Assembly (NCBI GenBank): GCA_019311105.1
Contig: JAFDDA010000018.1
Location: forward strand, 14,250-78,249
Reading direction: 5' to 3'
DNA from: Deltaproteobacteria bacterium
GTDB lineage: Bacteria > Myxococcota_A > UBA9160 > JAFDDA01
Length of the DNA stretch: 64,000 bases
The notes under the pieces: model-generated
Seen by the model: the letters and a program-made list of their open reading frames with translations, nothing else
What the model was told of the DNA's origin: nothing
The model's database searches: none
Shown: piece after piece, positions 28,025-37,405 of the stretch
Numbering within the stretch: the stretch's first letter is position 1
Layout of the letters: each line of letters opens with the position of its first letter
Program-made: the position numbers and the translations under genes

Positions 28025-29356
28025 CTAGAGCGGCCGGGCTTCGGCCCCCGCCTGCCGGTTCATCCCATCCGCCATCCAGAGCGCGCCGAACAGGGGCAGG
28101 CGTCCTTCGGGGTGGAGCTCGTGGAAGCGGCCGTTGATCTGGAGCGAAGACCCGCCCCAAAGGAAGCGGAAGGCGTAGGCCAAGGAGTCCGAGGCCAGGG
28201 TCACATCGCACTGCTCGCGGGAAAGGCCTGTGGCGGTGAGGCCTCGTCGAAGGTCGAAGAGCGCGGCGTGCCCGAGGTCGGTGATCCAGACCCGGCCGGG
28301 GCGAGGGGTCAGGAAGGCAAGAGCCAGGGCGGCCCGCAGGTGCCCGAGCAGCCCAGGGTGTGCCTGGCGTTGGTAGGCCGCGTTCATGCGGGCCATGCGG
28401 ACGCGCAGGCGGAGCGGGCTCACCGCGCCGTTCAGCCGCGCCCGGTAGCGTTCCGCCATCTCCTGAAGCCCCGCCAGCGGGACGGTCTTCACCGTGCAGA
28501 GTTCGCGGGTCGGGAGTGTCTTGTACTCGGCGAGGTAGCGGTCGATGGCCTCGGCGTTGCGATGCTCGTGGCCGACCTCCCAGCTGTCGCCCGGGTAGAG
28601 GACCACCGGCTGCGTGTCGGTGTCGTGGGCCACGGCCGCCGCGACCTCGTCGACCGGGACCGCGCCTGAATTCATGAAGTGGTTCTCTTCATGACAGAAC
28701 CAGACGAAGCTCGCGAAGGGCACGACCCAGCGGGGCTCGAGTGCACGGCACTGCCGCACCGTGCGATCGAGCTGGAGCTGGCCGCCCGCGCGGCGCCGCT
28801 CCTCCTCCTCGACGTTTCCGTCCCATGCGGCGATGGAGAACTGGGTCAGCAGCACGTCGACGGCGCCGGCCTCGGCCTTCACGCGCGCAATGTCCTCCGA
28901 GCTGTTGACCATGCAGTCGTTCAGGTTCAAGACCCGCGTGCCGCCGGCCTCGATGAGCAACCAGGAGTCGTCCGTGTGGTCCCAGCGTGAGCATTGCACG
29001 TGAAAGTCCGGACCGAGCTCCACGCGCTCGCCCCGGGCGAGCTCGCGGGTTGGGAAGCCGAGCCCTTCGCAATGCCGGATGATCTTGCGGTCATCGCTCT
29101 CGTGGAAGAGCACGGTGATTCCGGGCCGGAGGCTCTCGTCGACCTGGGCGAGGTTGTGCGGGCTGAAGTGATCCGGGTGTTCGTGGGAGAACCAGATGTG
29201 GGTCACGTGCTCGAAGTCCGCGGGCGTGAAAACCGATGGCGCGAGCAGCGCCCAGCCGTCGTTGAAGGCCGTGCCATCGAGCCACGGGTCGCAGAGCAAC
29301 GCCACCTCGCCGTCGCGGAAAACGAGTGATGCGTGGTTCACGAATTCGAGCTTCAC
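28025..29356 (-). CDS. Metallo-beta-lactamase-fold protein (UlaG/CMAH-like)
   Basis: VNHAS, CDPWLDGTAF, SHEHPDH, NLNDC, VPFASF. Confidence 0.8.
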   Translation of the reverse strand: MKLEFVNHASLVFRDGEVALLCDPWLDGTAFNDGWALLAPSVFTPADFEHVTHIWFSHEHPDHFSPHNLAQVDESLRPGITVLFHESDDRKIIRHCEGLGFPTRELARGERVELGPDFHVQCSRWDHTDDSWLLIEAGGTRVLNLNDCMVNSSEDIARVKAEAGAVDVLLTQFSIAAWDGNVEEEERRRAGGQLQLDRTVRQCRALEPRWVVPFASFVWFCHEENHFMNSGAVPVDEVAAAVAHDTDTQPVVLYPGDSWEVGHEHRNAEAIDRYLAEYKTLPTRELCTVKTVPLAGLQEMAERYRARLNGAVSPLRLRVRMARMNAAYQRQAHPGLLGHLRAALALAFLTPRPGRVWITDLGHAALFDLRRGLTATGLSREQCDVTLASDSLAYAFRFLWGGSSLQINGRFHELHPEGRLPLFGALWMADGMNRQAGAEARPL

Positions 29357-29461
29357 GAGGGCTTTTCCGAGTGGGCCGGACGGTGCCGGGAGTGTGGGGT
29401 GAGTGCTCCGGGGCGGCGTCCAGGTGACGAAATTTGCCGCTGGGTTGCGGGTCGGACGCGG

Positions 29462-30349
29462 TCAGGCTGCGGGGGTGCCGAACCCCCGGACGAAGAGCGC
29501 TTCGATGCCCTCCCGTTCGGCCAGGTCGCGCAGCTCTGGCTCCGGCGGGGCTGCGTCGAAACTCTCGGCCGCGTCGAGAACGAGCCGCAGCAGGTCGAGG
29601 TCGCTCGGCGTGTTCACGAAGATGCCGGGGCGTGCGAGGGCCCAGTGGATCGCCGTGCGCACGGCGTCCGGGTCGGTCAAGGGCTCGTACCAGGTCGATG
29701 AGTCCTCTCCTTGACCTTCGGGCCAGCGGCGGCGGGCCACGGACTTGATCGTCTGCATGGCGACGCCCCGATCGGCGCAGGTCGCGGCCAGCGTTTCGAA
29801 CTCGTCCACGTAGCGAGCGTCCTGCCATTGGATCCAGCTGTAGGGCAGCAACACGGAGTCGAAGGCGAAGCGTTCGAGGCTGCGGGCGTGCATGGCGGCC
29901 ACGCGGGTGCCGTGGCCCGTGACCCCGATGAAGCGAACGAGCCCTTCGTCCCGGGCCTCGATCGCCGCCTCGAGGGCGCCGCCCGGGCTGAGCGCCTGCT
30001 CCCACTCGTTCTCCTTCACGAGGTTGTGGAGCTGCAGCAGGTCGACGCAATCGACCTGCATGCGTTCGAGAGAGCGGCGGATCTCGTCCCGCGCGCCCTC
30101 GTAACTGCGCTCTTTCGTCTTGGTGGCCAGGAAGAACTCGCTGCGCAGGCCCCGCGCCATCGCGGGCCCGATGCGATCCTCGGCCTCGCCGTAGGACGAG
30201 GCGGCGTCGATGTGGTTCACGCCTCGTTCGAGCAGGAAGTCGAGGGTGCGGTCGGCCTCGTCCTGGCTGCAGCGCCACAGGGCGGCGGCGCCGAACAGGA
30301 CCCGGCTGCTCTCATGGCCGGTGTTTCCGAAGGGGAGTGCAGGCAGCAC
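29462..30349 (-). CDS. Aldo/keto reductase
   Basis: GVNHIDAASSYG, FLATKT, SLERMQVDCVDLLQLH, RFIGVTGH. Confidence 0.9.
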   Translation of the reverse strand: MLPALPFGNTGHESSRVLFGAAALWRCSQDEADRTLDFLLERGVNHIDAASSYGEAEDRIGPAMARGLRSEFFLATKTKERSYEGARDEIRRSLERMQVDCVDLLQLHNLVKENEWEQALSPGGALEAAIEARDEGLVRFIGVTGHGTRVAAMHARSLERFAFDSVLLPYSWIQWQDARYVDEFETLAATCADRGVAMQTIKSVARRRWPEGQGEDSSTWYEPLTDPDAVRTAIHWALARPGIFVNTPSDLDLLRLVLDAAESFDAAPPEPELRDLAEREGIEALFVRGFGTPAA

Positions 30350-30393
30350 GCGGCGATTGTGGGGGAGGGCGGAGCGTGGCGCCAGAGGTCCCG

Positions 30394-33027
30394 TCAGTCG
30401 GAGACGTCGGGGTCGGTGCCCTCGCGGACCTCCTGGGCGTCGGGGCGCCCGTCGCCGTCGCCATCGAAGAAGGGATCGAAGATCGTCGGGACGCCGTCGT
30501 CCACGGCGGTGCGGTAGAACGCCACGCGTTGGTCGATGGCCTCGGGTGCCCCCTGAGCGCAGTAGTGGCCTTCGACGCGGCTCCCGAGACAGCCCGGGGA
30601 AGCCGGCAGGGCGTTGAGCCAGGGCACGTACTGGACGAGGCCGGCGGTGGTCTCGGCATCGATGTTCGCCACGTTGATGGGGCTGTTCACCTGCTCGAGG
30701 ACGGTGGCCGGCTCAGCGATGGGCGGCAGCTGGGGGATCGGGCCCGTGGACCACGCCTCGCTGCGCGTGGAGTTGTTCGGCGAGAAGGAGTCGTCGATGC
30801 CTTCGATGATCAAGATGCTCGCCTTGCGCATCGTGCCGGCCACGGGGAAGCGGCGCGGGCCATAGGTGAACAGGGCGTGGATGTTCGGATCCTGATTGTC
30901 GTAGAGCGTCTGGAAGTACTGGAGGCCTACCCAGATGTCGCGGATCTCGATGTTCGGGACCGCCCCCGGCAACGTGGTGAGGAGGAAACCGCCGGTGCCG
31001 AGCGGGTCGGTGACCTCCTGGAGGAAGAGCCGCTCACCGAAGTTCCCGCCGCCCGCGACCAAGGCCGCCGCGCGGATCTCCGGTGCGTAGGGCATCAACG
31101 CACCACCGTGGACGCCCCCGTAGCTGATCCCTTCGTAGGTGATCGGCAAGGTCGGATCGACGTCGGGGACGCCGTCGGGGGCCCCGTCGGGCAGCAGGTC
31201 GAGGGTGCTGAGGCTCTCGATCAGCTTCAGGAAGGCGAGCTGGTTCCCGTAGGTCTCGGTGTAGTACTCGGGCATCTCGCGATTGATCAGGATCACGCCG
31301 AAGATCGCGAGCCCTTGCTCGACGGTGTCGGCGAACGTGTCGTTCAGGAAGTCGGTGAAGCCGATCACCGCGAAGCCGGCCCCCGCGACGCGCCCGCCGG
31401 CGCCGACGACCTCGTTCGAGCTGCCCGGGTTCCCGTGCTGGTACATGAGGATCGGCACGGGGCTGTCGAGGGCGGCGGCCGGAAGCGTCATGACGAAGGG
31501 CACCTCGCGTGTGCCGTTCTGCATGGGCACACCCGCGGCGTCCCGCTGCAGCACGGGGCCCACCAGCCAGTTCGGAGTGAACCAGCGGCCCCGGACCACG
31601 CGCTCGACGTCGCCGGTTCCGGCGTCGTTCGAATCGATCACGTAGGTCGGCGCCGGCAGGGCATCGACCAGGGCGCGCATGGCCAGCACATCGTCCGGGA
31701 CGGTGTCGACGGAACGGACGGAGATCGACAGAGCGAGGGCCAGGTCGTCGCTCGGCAGGGGCGGGGAGATGTCCTCGGCGAGCACGGGCAGGATCTCGTC
31801 GAGCAAGCTGCGAGTCACCGGAAGCAGCGGGTGCTCGCTGCCCCCGGGCGCACCGAGCGCATCCACGAAGTAGCCGTCGGCGCCGAAGGGTCGCAGGCCC
31901 GCCGCGAGAGCCCGGCGCGTGATCGCGAGGGCATAGCGGCCCTCGGGCTCGAGCGGACGCGACGGATAGAGCACCAGTTGATGGGTCGGCCCGGGGTCGC
32001 CCGGGAGGCTGTTGGCGCGATAGGAGAGCTCGAAGGGATGGCGCTCGCCGTAGCTCGGGCTCGCTGGGTCGACGTCGAACAGGCCGATCGACGCGAGCGG
32101 GTCGAGGGATTCCTCGGGCGTCTGCGGCAGCGAACTCACGTCCGGGGCTTCGGAGAGCAGGATCACGTGGGCGGCGATGGGGCTCCACCCGTCCAGGCGA
32201 TTGGTGCCGATGAGCAGCCCTTGCGCGAGGTTCACGACATCCGCGGGTCGCGAGGTCGGCGGCGGCACGGCATTGCGCTTCCCGGTGGCCGTCGTCGCGT
32301 CCTCGACCTGCAGCGTGTCGTCGGGGAAGGGCGGGAACATCCCGTTGTCGCTGCGGTCGTAGACGATCGTCGCCGGCGCGCCCGCGGCCGCGACCTGGAA
32401 GGCCACGGATTCGGTGCCGCCCGGCCCCGTCCAGGAAAGCGAGCAGTTGGCACTCGTCGGCAGGTCGCCCGTGGGGTTCAGCGCGACGCGCTCGGTCGAG
32501 ACGAGGTGCGCAGCCAGCGAAATCGGGCCAGCGCAGTCGAGCGCGAAACTCAGGAGTGCGGCCGGAGATACACCCGCCGCAAAGTCGAGCACCGGCCAGG
32601 CACTCGGCGCGACCGTCTCGCCTGCCGACGGTGCGCTCGCGAGCAGCGCGGGCATCGTCACCGGCGTGAGGGTGAAGTCGAGCCCCGCCGGGTCGAAGGC
32701 GGCTCCCTGGCGGACGCGGAAGGCCGAGCTCGTGGGGACCGGCCCGGGCATGGGGGCCGCGAAGCCGAGCTGCCCAGCCACGACCTGGGTGCCCGGGTCC
32801 ACCGAGTGGGCCACGACCGCAACCGGCACCGCCGCACTGCCGCCGACCCGCTCGAGGGTCGCACTGAGGTCGTGGTAGTAGCCGGTCGGCGAGGCGGGCT
32901 GGCTGTGCAGCTCGCGATAGCGGAGGACGTAGTCGCCGAAGTCGACCTCGTGGACCGTATTCGGGATGCAGCCCGGGCCCAGCAGGAACGGGGCGGCGAC
33001 GAGCAGCAGCAGGCGAAGGGGTCGCAT
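30394..33027 (-). CDS. Large secreted lipoprotein: Ig-like region + alpha/beta-hydrolase (lipase-like) + Ca-binding-like tail
   Basis: Signal/lipobox LLGPGC; PFPDD...LDGWSP; YQHG; nucleophile elbow GISYGG; C-terminal DGDGDGRPD. Confidence 0.7.
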   Translation of the reverse strand: MRPLRLLLLVAAPFLLGPGCIPNTVHEVDFGDYVLRYRELHSQPASPTGYYHDLSATLERVGGSAAVPVAVVAHSVDPGTQVVAGQLGFAAPMPGPVPTSSAFRVRQGAAFDPAGLDFTLTPVTMPALLASAPSAGETVAPSAWPVLDFAAGVSPAALLSFALDCAGPISLAAHLVSTERVALNPTGDLPTSANCSLSWTGPGGTESVAFQVAAAGAPATIVYDRSDNGMFPPFPDDTLQVEDATTATGKRNAVPPPTSRPADVVNLAQGLLIGTNRLDGWSPIAAHVILLSEAPDVSSLPQTPEESLDPLASIGLFDVDPASPSYGERHPFELSYRANSLPGDPGPTHQLVLYPSRPLEPEGRYALAITRRALAAGLRPFGADGYFVDALGAPGGSEHPLLPVTRSLLDEILPVLAEDISPPLPSDDLALALSISVRSVDTVPDDVLAMRALVDALPAPTYVIDSNDAGTGDVERVVRGRWFTPNWLVGPVLQRDAAGVPMQNGTREVPFVMTLPAAALDSPVPILMYQHGNPGSSNEVVGAGGRVAGAGFAVIGFTDFLNDTFADTVEQGLAIFGVILINREMPEYYTETYGNQLAFLKLIESLSTLDLLPDGAPDGVPDVDPTLPITYEGISYGGVHGGALMPYAPEIRAAALVAGGGNFGERLFLQEVTDPLGTGGFLLTTLPGAVPNIEIRDIWVGLQYFQTLYDNQDPNIHALFTYGPRRFPVAGTMRKASILIIEGIDDSFSPNNSTRSEAWSTGPIPQLPPIAEPATVLEQVNSPINVANIDAETTAGLVQYVPWLNALPASPGCLGSRVEGHYCAQGAPEAIDQRVAFYRTAVDDGVPTIFDPFFDGDGDGRPDAQEVREGTDPDVSD

Positions 33028-33051
33028 GGAAGGCTCCGACGGGGGCGACGG

Positions 33052-34614
33052 TCAGGGCGCGGGCAGGTACTCCAGGGGCCCAGCCGGCCCGAGTTCCAAA
33101 CCCAACCCCATCCAGACTACCAGCATGATCACCCAGGCGACGGTGAAAACGAGGGCATAAGGCAGCATGAGTGCAACCAGCGTTCCGAGCCCGCCCTCAG
33201 GCGCGTAACGCCGCATGAAGACCAGCAAGATCACCATGTAGGGGTTCAGAGGGGTGATCACGTTGGAAACGGAATCCCCCACGCGATAGGTCACCTGGGT
33301 CAGCTCCGGGCTGATGCCGACCGCCATGAACATCGGCACGAAGACCGGGGCGAAGAACGCGTACTTGGCCGACATGGAGCCGATGAAGAGGTTTCCCACG
33401 GCCACCACGAACACGAACGCCACCATGAGGCCCGAGTTCGGGAGCGCCGCCTCGACCAGCCGGTCGCCGCCCGCGATGGCGAGCATCTCGCCGAGGCCGG
33501 TGTAGCGGAACCACGCGATGAACTGCGCGGCGAAGAACGAAAGCACGAGGTAGGGGCCCATGCCCGCCATGGTCTCGCCCATCATGCGCGCCACGTCTCG
33601 GTCGCTTCGGACCTCGCGTACGGCCACGCCGTAGGCGATGCCCGGGATCAGAAACGCGAAGAAGAGCAGCGGTACGATCACGGGGATCCAGCGCGCCGGC
33701 TCCCCCGGCGCCACGTGGAGTGGCGCGCCCGGGACCACCGTGGCGACGACCATGACCGCGAGGCTCACGGCCAGAGCGATCATCGCGGCCCAGAGGCCCC
33801 GACGTTGCTCGGGCGTGAGGCGCTGGCTCTCGAGGTCCGACGTATCCACCGGCGTCGGGCCGCCTTCCTCGGGCGGCCGGTCGCTCCAGCGCGGCTCGAC
33901 CCACAGCGAGGTCACACCCCAGCCAACGAAGGTCAGGAGGACGGTCGAGGCGATCATGAACCACCAGTTCGACGTGGCGGCCACCTGATAGGCCGGGTCG
34001 CGCAGCTGCGCCGCGGAGGTGGTGAACTCCGCGAGCATCGGGTCGAGGCTCGTGACGAACAGGTTCGCGCTGAACCCCGCCGACACGCCGGCGAAGACCG
34101 TCGCGAGGCCGACCAGGGGCGAGCGGCCGACGGCCTTGTAGAGCGCAGCGGCGACGGGCGGGAGCACGACGTAGCCGGCGTCGATTCCCATGGAGGAGAG
34201 CACGCCGACGAACATCAGCGTGGGCGCCAGGAGCCAGGACGGGACCGCCAGCATCACCGTCTTGAGCGCGGCCCCGATGAAGCCGCTGCGTTCCGCAACG
34301 CCGATCCCGAGCATGCCCACGAGCACGACGCCGAGCGGCGGGAACTGGACGAAGTTCTTCACCAGGTTCCGCAGGGCCCAGAAGATGCCGTCGGCCGTGA
34401 GCAGGCTCCGGGCGCTGAGGGCCACGTTCACGAGCTCGCCATCCTGGGCGACCGTCTTCTCCACCGACCAACCCGCCGACGCCGCCCAATGGGCCACACC
34501 CACGACCAGCAGGGCGCCGAGCAGGAACAGAGTGGCCGGGTCGGGCAGCCGGTTGCCGAGGCGCTCGAGGACGCCGAGCCAGCCGGCGGCGCGTTCGTGT
34601 TTCGGGTCAGCCAT
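33052..34614 (-). CDS. abgT: AbgT family transporter
   Basis: LERLGNRLPDPATLF, FPPLGVVLV, AGVSAGFSAN, YRVGDSVSNVITPLNPY. Confidence 0.92.
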   Translation of the reverse strand: MADPKHERAAGWLGVLERLGNRLPDPATLFLLGALLVVGVAHWAASAGWSVEKTVAQDGELVNVALSARSLLTADGIFWALRNLVKNFVQFPPLGVVLVGMLGIGVAERSGFIGAALKTVMLAVPSWLLAPTLMFVGVLSSMGIDAGYVVLPPVAAALYKAVGRSPLVGLATVFAGVSAGFSANLFVTSLDPMLAEFTTSAAQLRDPAYQVAATSNWWFMIASTVLLTFVGWGVTSLWVEPRWSDRPPEEGGPTPVDTSDLESQRLTPEQRRGLWAAMIALAVSLAVMVVATVVPGAPLHVAPGEPARWIPVIVPLLFFAFLIPGIAYGVAVREVRSDRDVARMMGETMAGMGPYLVLSFFAAQFIAWFRYTGLGEMLAIAGGDRLVEAALPNSGLMVAFVFVVAVGNLFIGSMSAKYAFFAPVFVPMFMAVGISPELTQVTYRVGDSVSNVITPLNPYMVILLVFMRRYAPEGGLGTLVALMLPYALVFTVAWVIMLVVWMGLGLELGPAGPLEYLPAP

Positions 34615-35143
34615 GTGCTGCGTCCTTTCGGTCGGGTTCGTTCTCGCGTCGCCGCCCGCCGAGCCAGGGGACGAGCCACGGTGCGAGGCCGAGGCCGGCG
34701 CCACCGCCCGCCACGTCCAGGGCAACGTCGCGCGGCGAGCCCGTTCGTGATTCGACGAGTGCCTGTCGGCCTTCGTCGGCGAGTGCCACGCCGGCCACCA
34801 GGCCGAGGGTCGGGAGGGCGGCCGCGAGCCGCGTGCTCGCGCGGCCGGTGAGCCACAGGGCGCGGTAGGTCAATACCGCTGCGATCGCATACTCGGTGAC
34901 GTGGGCGCCCTTGCGGATCCAGCCGTGCAGGCCGGCGATGTCGGCGTCGCTCCAGTCGGGGAAGAGCCAATGCAGCAGCGGGCCGATGAAGCGCGACGTC
35001 TGGTCGTGTTGGAAGCCCGAGCTCCCGAGGCCCGCGATTACGGCGACCCACAGGACGACGGGCACCCACGGTCTGATCGCGTTGTGCCTCGCCAACGGCC
35101 TCCCCTGGGCCCCGGGGATGGGCCGCTGCGGCGAACTTAGCAA
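34607..35143 (-). CDS. VanZ family membrane protein
   Basis: IRKGAHVTEYA, ADEGRQALVESRTGSPRDVALD; start uncertain. Confidence 0.85.
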   Translation of the reverse strand: MLSSPQRPIPGAQGRPLARHNAIRPWVPVVLWVAVIAGLGSSGFQHDQTSRFIGPLLHWLFPDWSDADIAGLHGWIRKGAHVTEYAIAAVLTYRALWLTGRASTRLAAALPTLGLVAGVALADEGRQALVESRTGSPRDVALDVAGGGAGLGLAPWLVPWLGGRRRENEPDRKDAAHG

Positions 35144-35193
35144 CCCGCTTCGGGCAGGATGGGATCAGTGGCCATGGCCTACGATCCCCCGCC

Positions 35194-36210
35194 ATGAGCG
35201 CCCTGGCCATCGGTCTCGTGTACGACGTCTTCGGCAGCTACCGGCCGCGGCCAGGCGACCCGCCTGACGCAGAGGCCGAGTACGAGCCCGAAGCCACCGT
35301 CGATGCACTGGCGGCGGCCCTCGCGCTGCTCGGCCACGAGCCCATCCGCATCGGCAACGCCCACGCCTTGCTCGCCGCAGCGCAGGGCGGGTCGCTTCCG
35401 CGGCTCGACGCGGCGCTCTCCATCGCCGAGGGCTACGGGACCCGCAACCGCGAAGCCTGGGCGCCGGTGCTGCTCGATCTGCTGGAAGTCCCGCTGCTCG
35501 GCTCCGATGCGTTGTCGCTCTCGCTCTGCCTCGACAAGGCCTGGACCCACGCCGTGGTTTTGGCCGCGGGCGTTCCGGTGCCCGAGCATGTCTCAGTGGA
35601 GTCACCCAGGGAACTCGAAAACGTCAAACTTCCCGGCCCGTTCCCGCTCTTCGTGAAACCGCGCTGGGAGGGGACGGCGAAGGGGATCGACGCGGGCTCG
35701 CGGGTGGAAGACGCGGCCGCTCTTGCGGCGCGGGTCGGCCTCGTGACGGAGCGGTATCGCCAGCCCGCGCTGGTGGAGAGCTTCCTCCCCGGCGCCGAGT
35801 ACACGGTGACGCTCGTCGGGAACGACCCGCCCGAGGTGTGGCCCACCCTCCAGCGCGCTCTCGCCCGAGACAGCGGAATCGGGCTCCACGCGGTCGAGGC
35901 CGAGGGCGCGCCCGCACCCCCGCACCACGCGCCGGGAGAACTCGGCGGAGCCCTCGAGGCGGAGCTCGGGCAGCTCGCTCTGCGCGCCTTCTCGGCCCTG
36001 CGTTGCCGCGACTTCGCTCGGCTCGACTTCAAGCTCGACGCGGAGGGCCGCCCGCGCTTTCTCGAGATCAACCCCCTGCCGACGTTCGCTCCGGACGGCA
36101 GCTTTGGGATCCTGGCCGAGCTGCAGGGGAGGGCGTTCCCCGAGCTGTTGGCCCAGGTGCTGGGCCACGGCCTCGCGCGGCTCGGTCTCGCGCGCCTCGG
36201 TCTCGGCTAG
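35194..36210 (+). CDS. D-Ala-D-Ala-ligase-like ATP-grasp enzyme
   Basis: IAEGYGTRNRE, GSD...LDK, FVKPRWEGTAKGI, ESFLPGAEYTV, RDFARLDFK, LEINPLP. Confidence 0.88.
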   Translation: MSALAIGLVYDVFGSYRPRPGDPPDAEAEYEPEATVDALAAALALLGHEPIRIGNAHALLAAAQGGSLPRLDAALSIAEGYGTRNREAWAPVLLDLLEVPLLGSDALSLSLCLDKAWTHAVVLAAGVPVPEHVSVESPRELENVKLPGPFPLFVKPRWEGTAKGIDAGSRVEDAAALAARVGLVTERYRQPALVESFLPGAEYTVTLVGNDPPEVWPTLQRALARDSGIGLHAVEAEGAPAPPHHAPGELGGALEAELGQLALRAFSALRCRDFARLDFKLDAEGRPRFLEINPLPTFAPDGSFGILAELQGRAFPELLAQVLGHGLARLGLARLGLG

Positions 36211-36256
36211 GCAGACCGCCCGGGTCGCCTCGCGGGAGATCGTTATCTTCCCGCCC

Positions 36257-37345
36257 ATGCTCGCGACGCGTGACGATCAAAGCCGCCCCGAGTGGCGCGA
36301 TTGGGCCTGGCAGATGCGCCACCGCGTGCGCAGCGCCGAAGGCCTCGCGGAGTTCGTCGACCCGGTCGTCGACGAGGTGGCGGCGGTCGCCGCGCTGGCC
36401 GACCGCTTCCGGTTCGTCATCACGCCCTACTACGCCTCTCTGATGGATCCGAACGACCCCGAATGCCCGATCCGCCGGCAGGTCGTCCCGCGCGGTGCGG
36501 AACTCGACGACCCGGCGGGCCTCGCCGACCCGCTCGACGAGATCGCCCACTCGCCCGTGAAGAACGTGATCCGGGTCTACGCAGACCGGATCGCCTTCTG
36601 TGTGAACAACGAGTGTGCGCTCTACTGCCGGTATTGCCTGCGCAAGCGCATGGTCGGCGACGAGGATTGGACGATGAGGCGGCGCGAGCTCGAGACGGCG
36701 CTCGCGTGGATTCGCGAGACGCCGTCGATCCGCGACGTCCTGCTCACGGGCGGCGATCCGCTCGTCTTCTCGGACGACAAGCTCGCGTGGCTGCTCGGCG
36801 AGCTGCGCGCCATCCCGCACGTCGAGATCGTGCGGCTCGGAACCCGGCTGCCCGTGACGCTGCCCTTCCGCGTGACGCCCGAACTCTGTGAGATGCTGGC
36901 CGAGCATCATCCGGTCTGGGTGAACACCCACTTCAACCATCCCCGCGAGCTGACCGCCGAGGCAGCCGAGGCCTGCGATCGCCTCACCCGCGCGGGCATC
37001 CCGGTGGGTAACCAGAGCGTCCTGCTGCGCGGCATCAACGACGACACCGCCACGATGAAGGCCCTGTGCGAGGGGCTCGTTCGCATGCGCGTCCGCCCCT
37101 ACTACTGCTACCAGGCCCAGCTGCTCGAAGGGACGGGGCACTTCCGCGTCCCGATCGAGGACGGCATGGCGCTCTTCCGCGGCCTGCGCGGCCGCACCAG
37201 CGGCTTCGCGATCCCGCTCTACGTGCTCGACACGCCCCACGGCAAGGTGCCTCTGACCCATCCTCACGTCCGGGGCCGTGAGGGCGACGACGTGGTGGTG
37301 GAGACCTTCGAGGGCAAGCTCTGGCGCGAGCCGAACCCTCTGTGA
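36257..37345 (+). CDS. KamA-family radical SAM/PLP aminomutase
   Basis: WRDWAWQMR, CALYCRYC, LLTGGDPL, NTHFNHPRE, NQSVLLRGIND, YVLDTPHGK. Confidence 0.92.
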   Translation: MLATRDDQSRPEWRDWAWQMRHRVRSAEGLAEFVDPVVDEVAAVAALADRFRFVITPYYASLMDPNDPECPIRRQVVPRGAELDDPAGLADPLDEIAHSPVKNVIRVYADRIAFCVNNECALYCRYCLRKRMVGDEDWTMRRRELETALAWIRETPSIRDVLLTGGDPLVFSDDKLAWLLGELRAIPHVEIVRLGTRLPVTLPFRVTPELCEMLAEHHPVWVNTHFNHPRELTAEAAEACDRLTRAGIPVGNQSVLLRGINDDTATMKALCEGLVRMRVRPYYCYQAQLLEGTGHFRVPIEDGMALFRGLRGRTSGFAIPLYVLDTPHGKVPLTHPHVRGREGDDVVVETFEGKLWREPNPL

Positions 37346-37405
37346 CGACACTGTGAGCGAAGGGGGCCGCCCTCTGTGACGACACCATGAGCGAAGGGGG
37401 CCGCC
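37336..37405 (+). repeat. 34-bp tandem duplication spanning the kamA stop and murJ start
   Basis: ccctctgtgacgacac(tg/ca)tgagcgaagggggccg at 37336 and 37370. Confidence 0.9.

Noticed and set aside
30337-34851. Very long alternative ORFs (30337-34851 +, also 37-2031 -, 3148-5856 +, 59702-63565 -, 26228-28669 +)
   Set aside because: Antisense shadows of well-supported genes, expected in high-GC DNA; no recognisable motifs
34607-36210. Vancomycin-resistance (van) cluster
   Set aside because: No vanH/vanX/vanRS; the ligase N-terminus lacks the canonical Ddl/VanA GGxSxEH motif, and VanZ-like genes are widespread
36257-37345. EpmB (EF-P beta-lysylation) assignment
   Set aside because: No efp or epmA nearby, the context is a ddl-like ligase, and a lysine-binding Asp appears substituted
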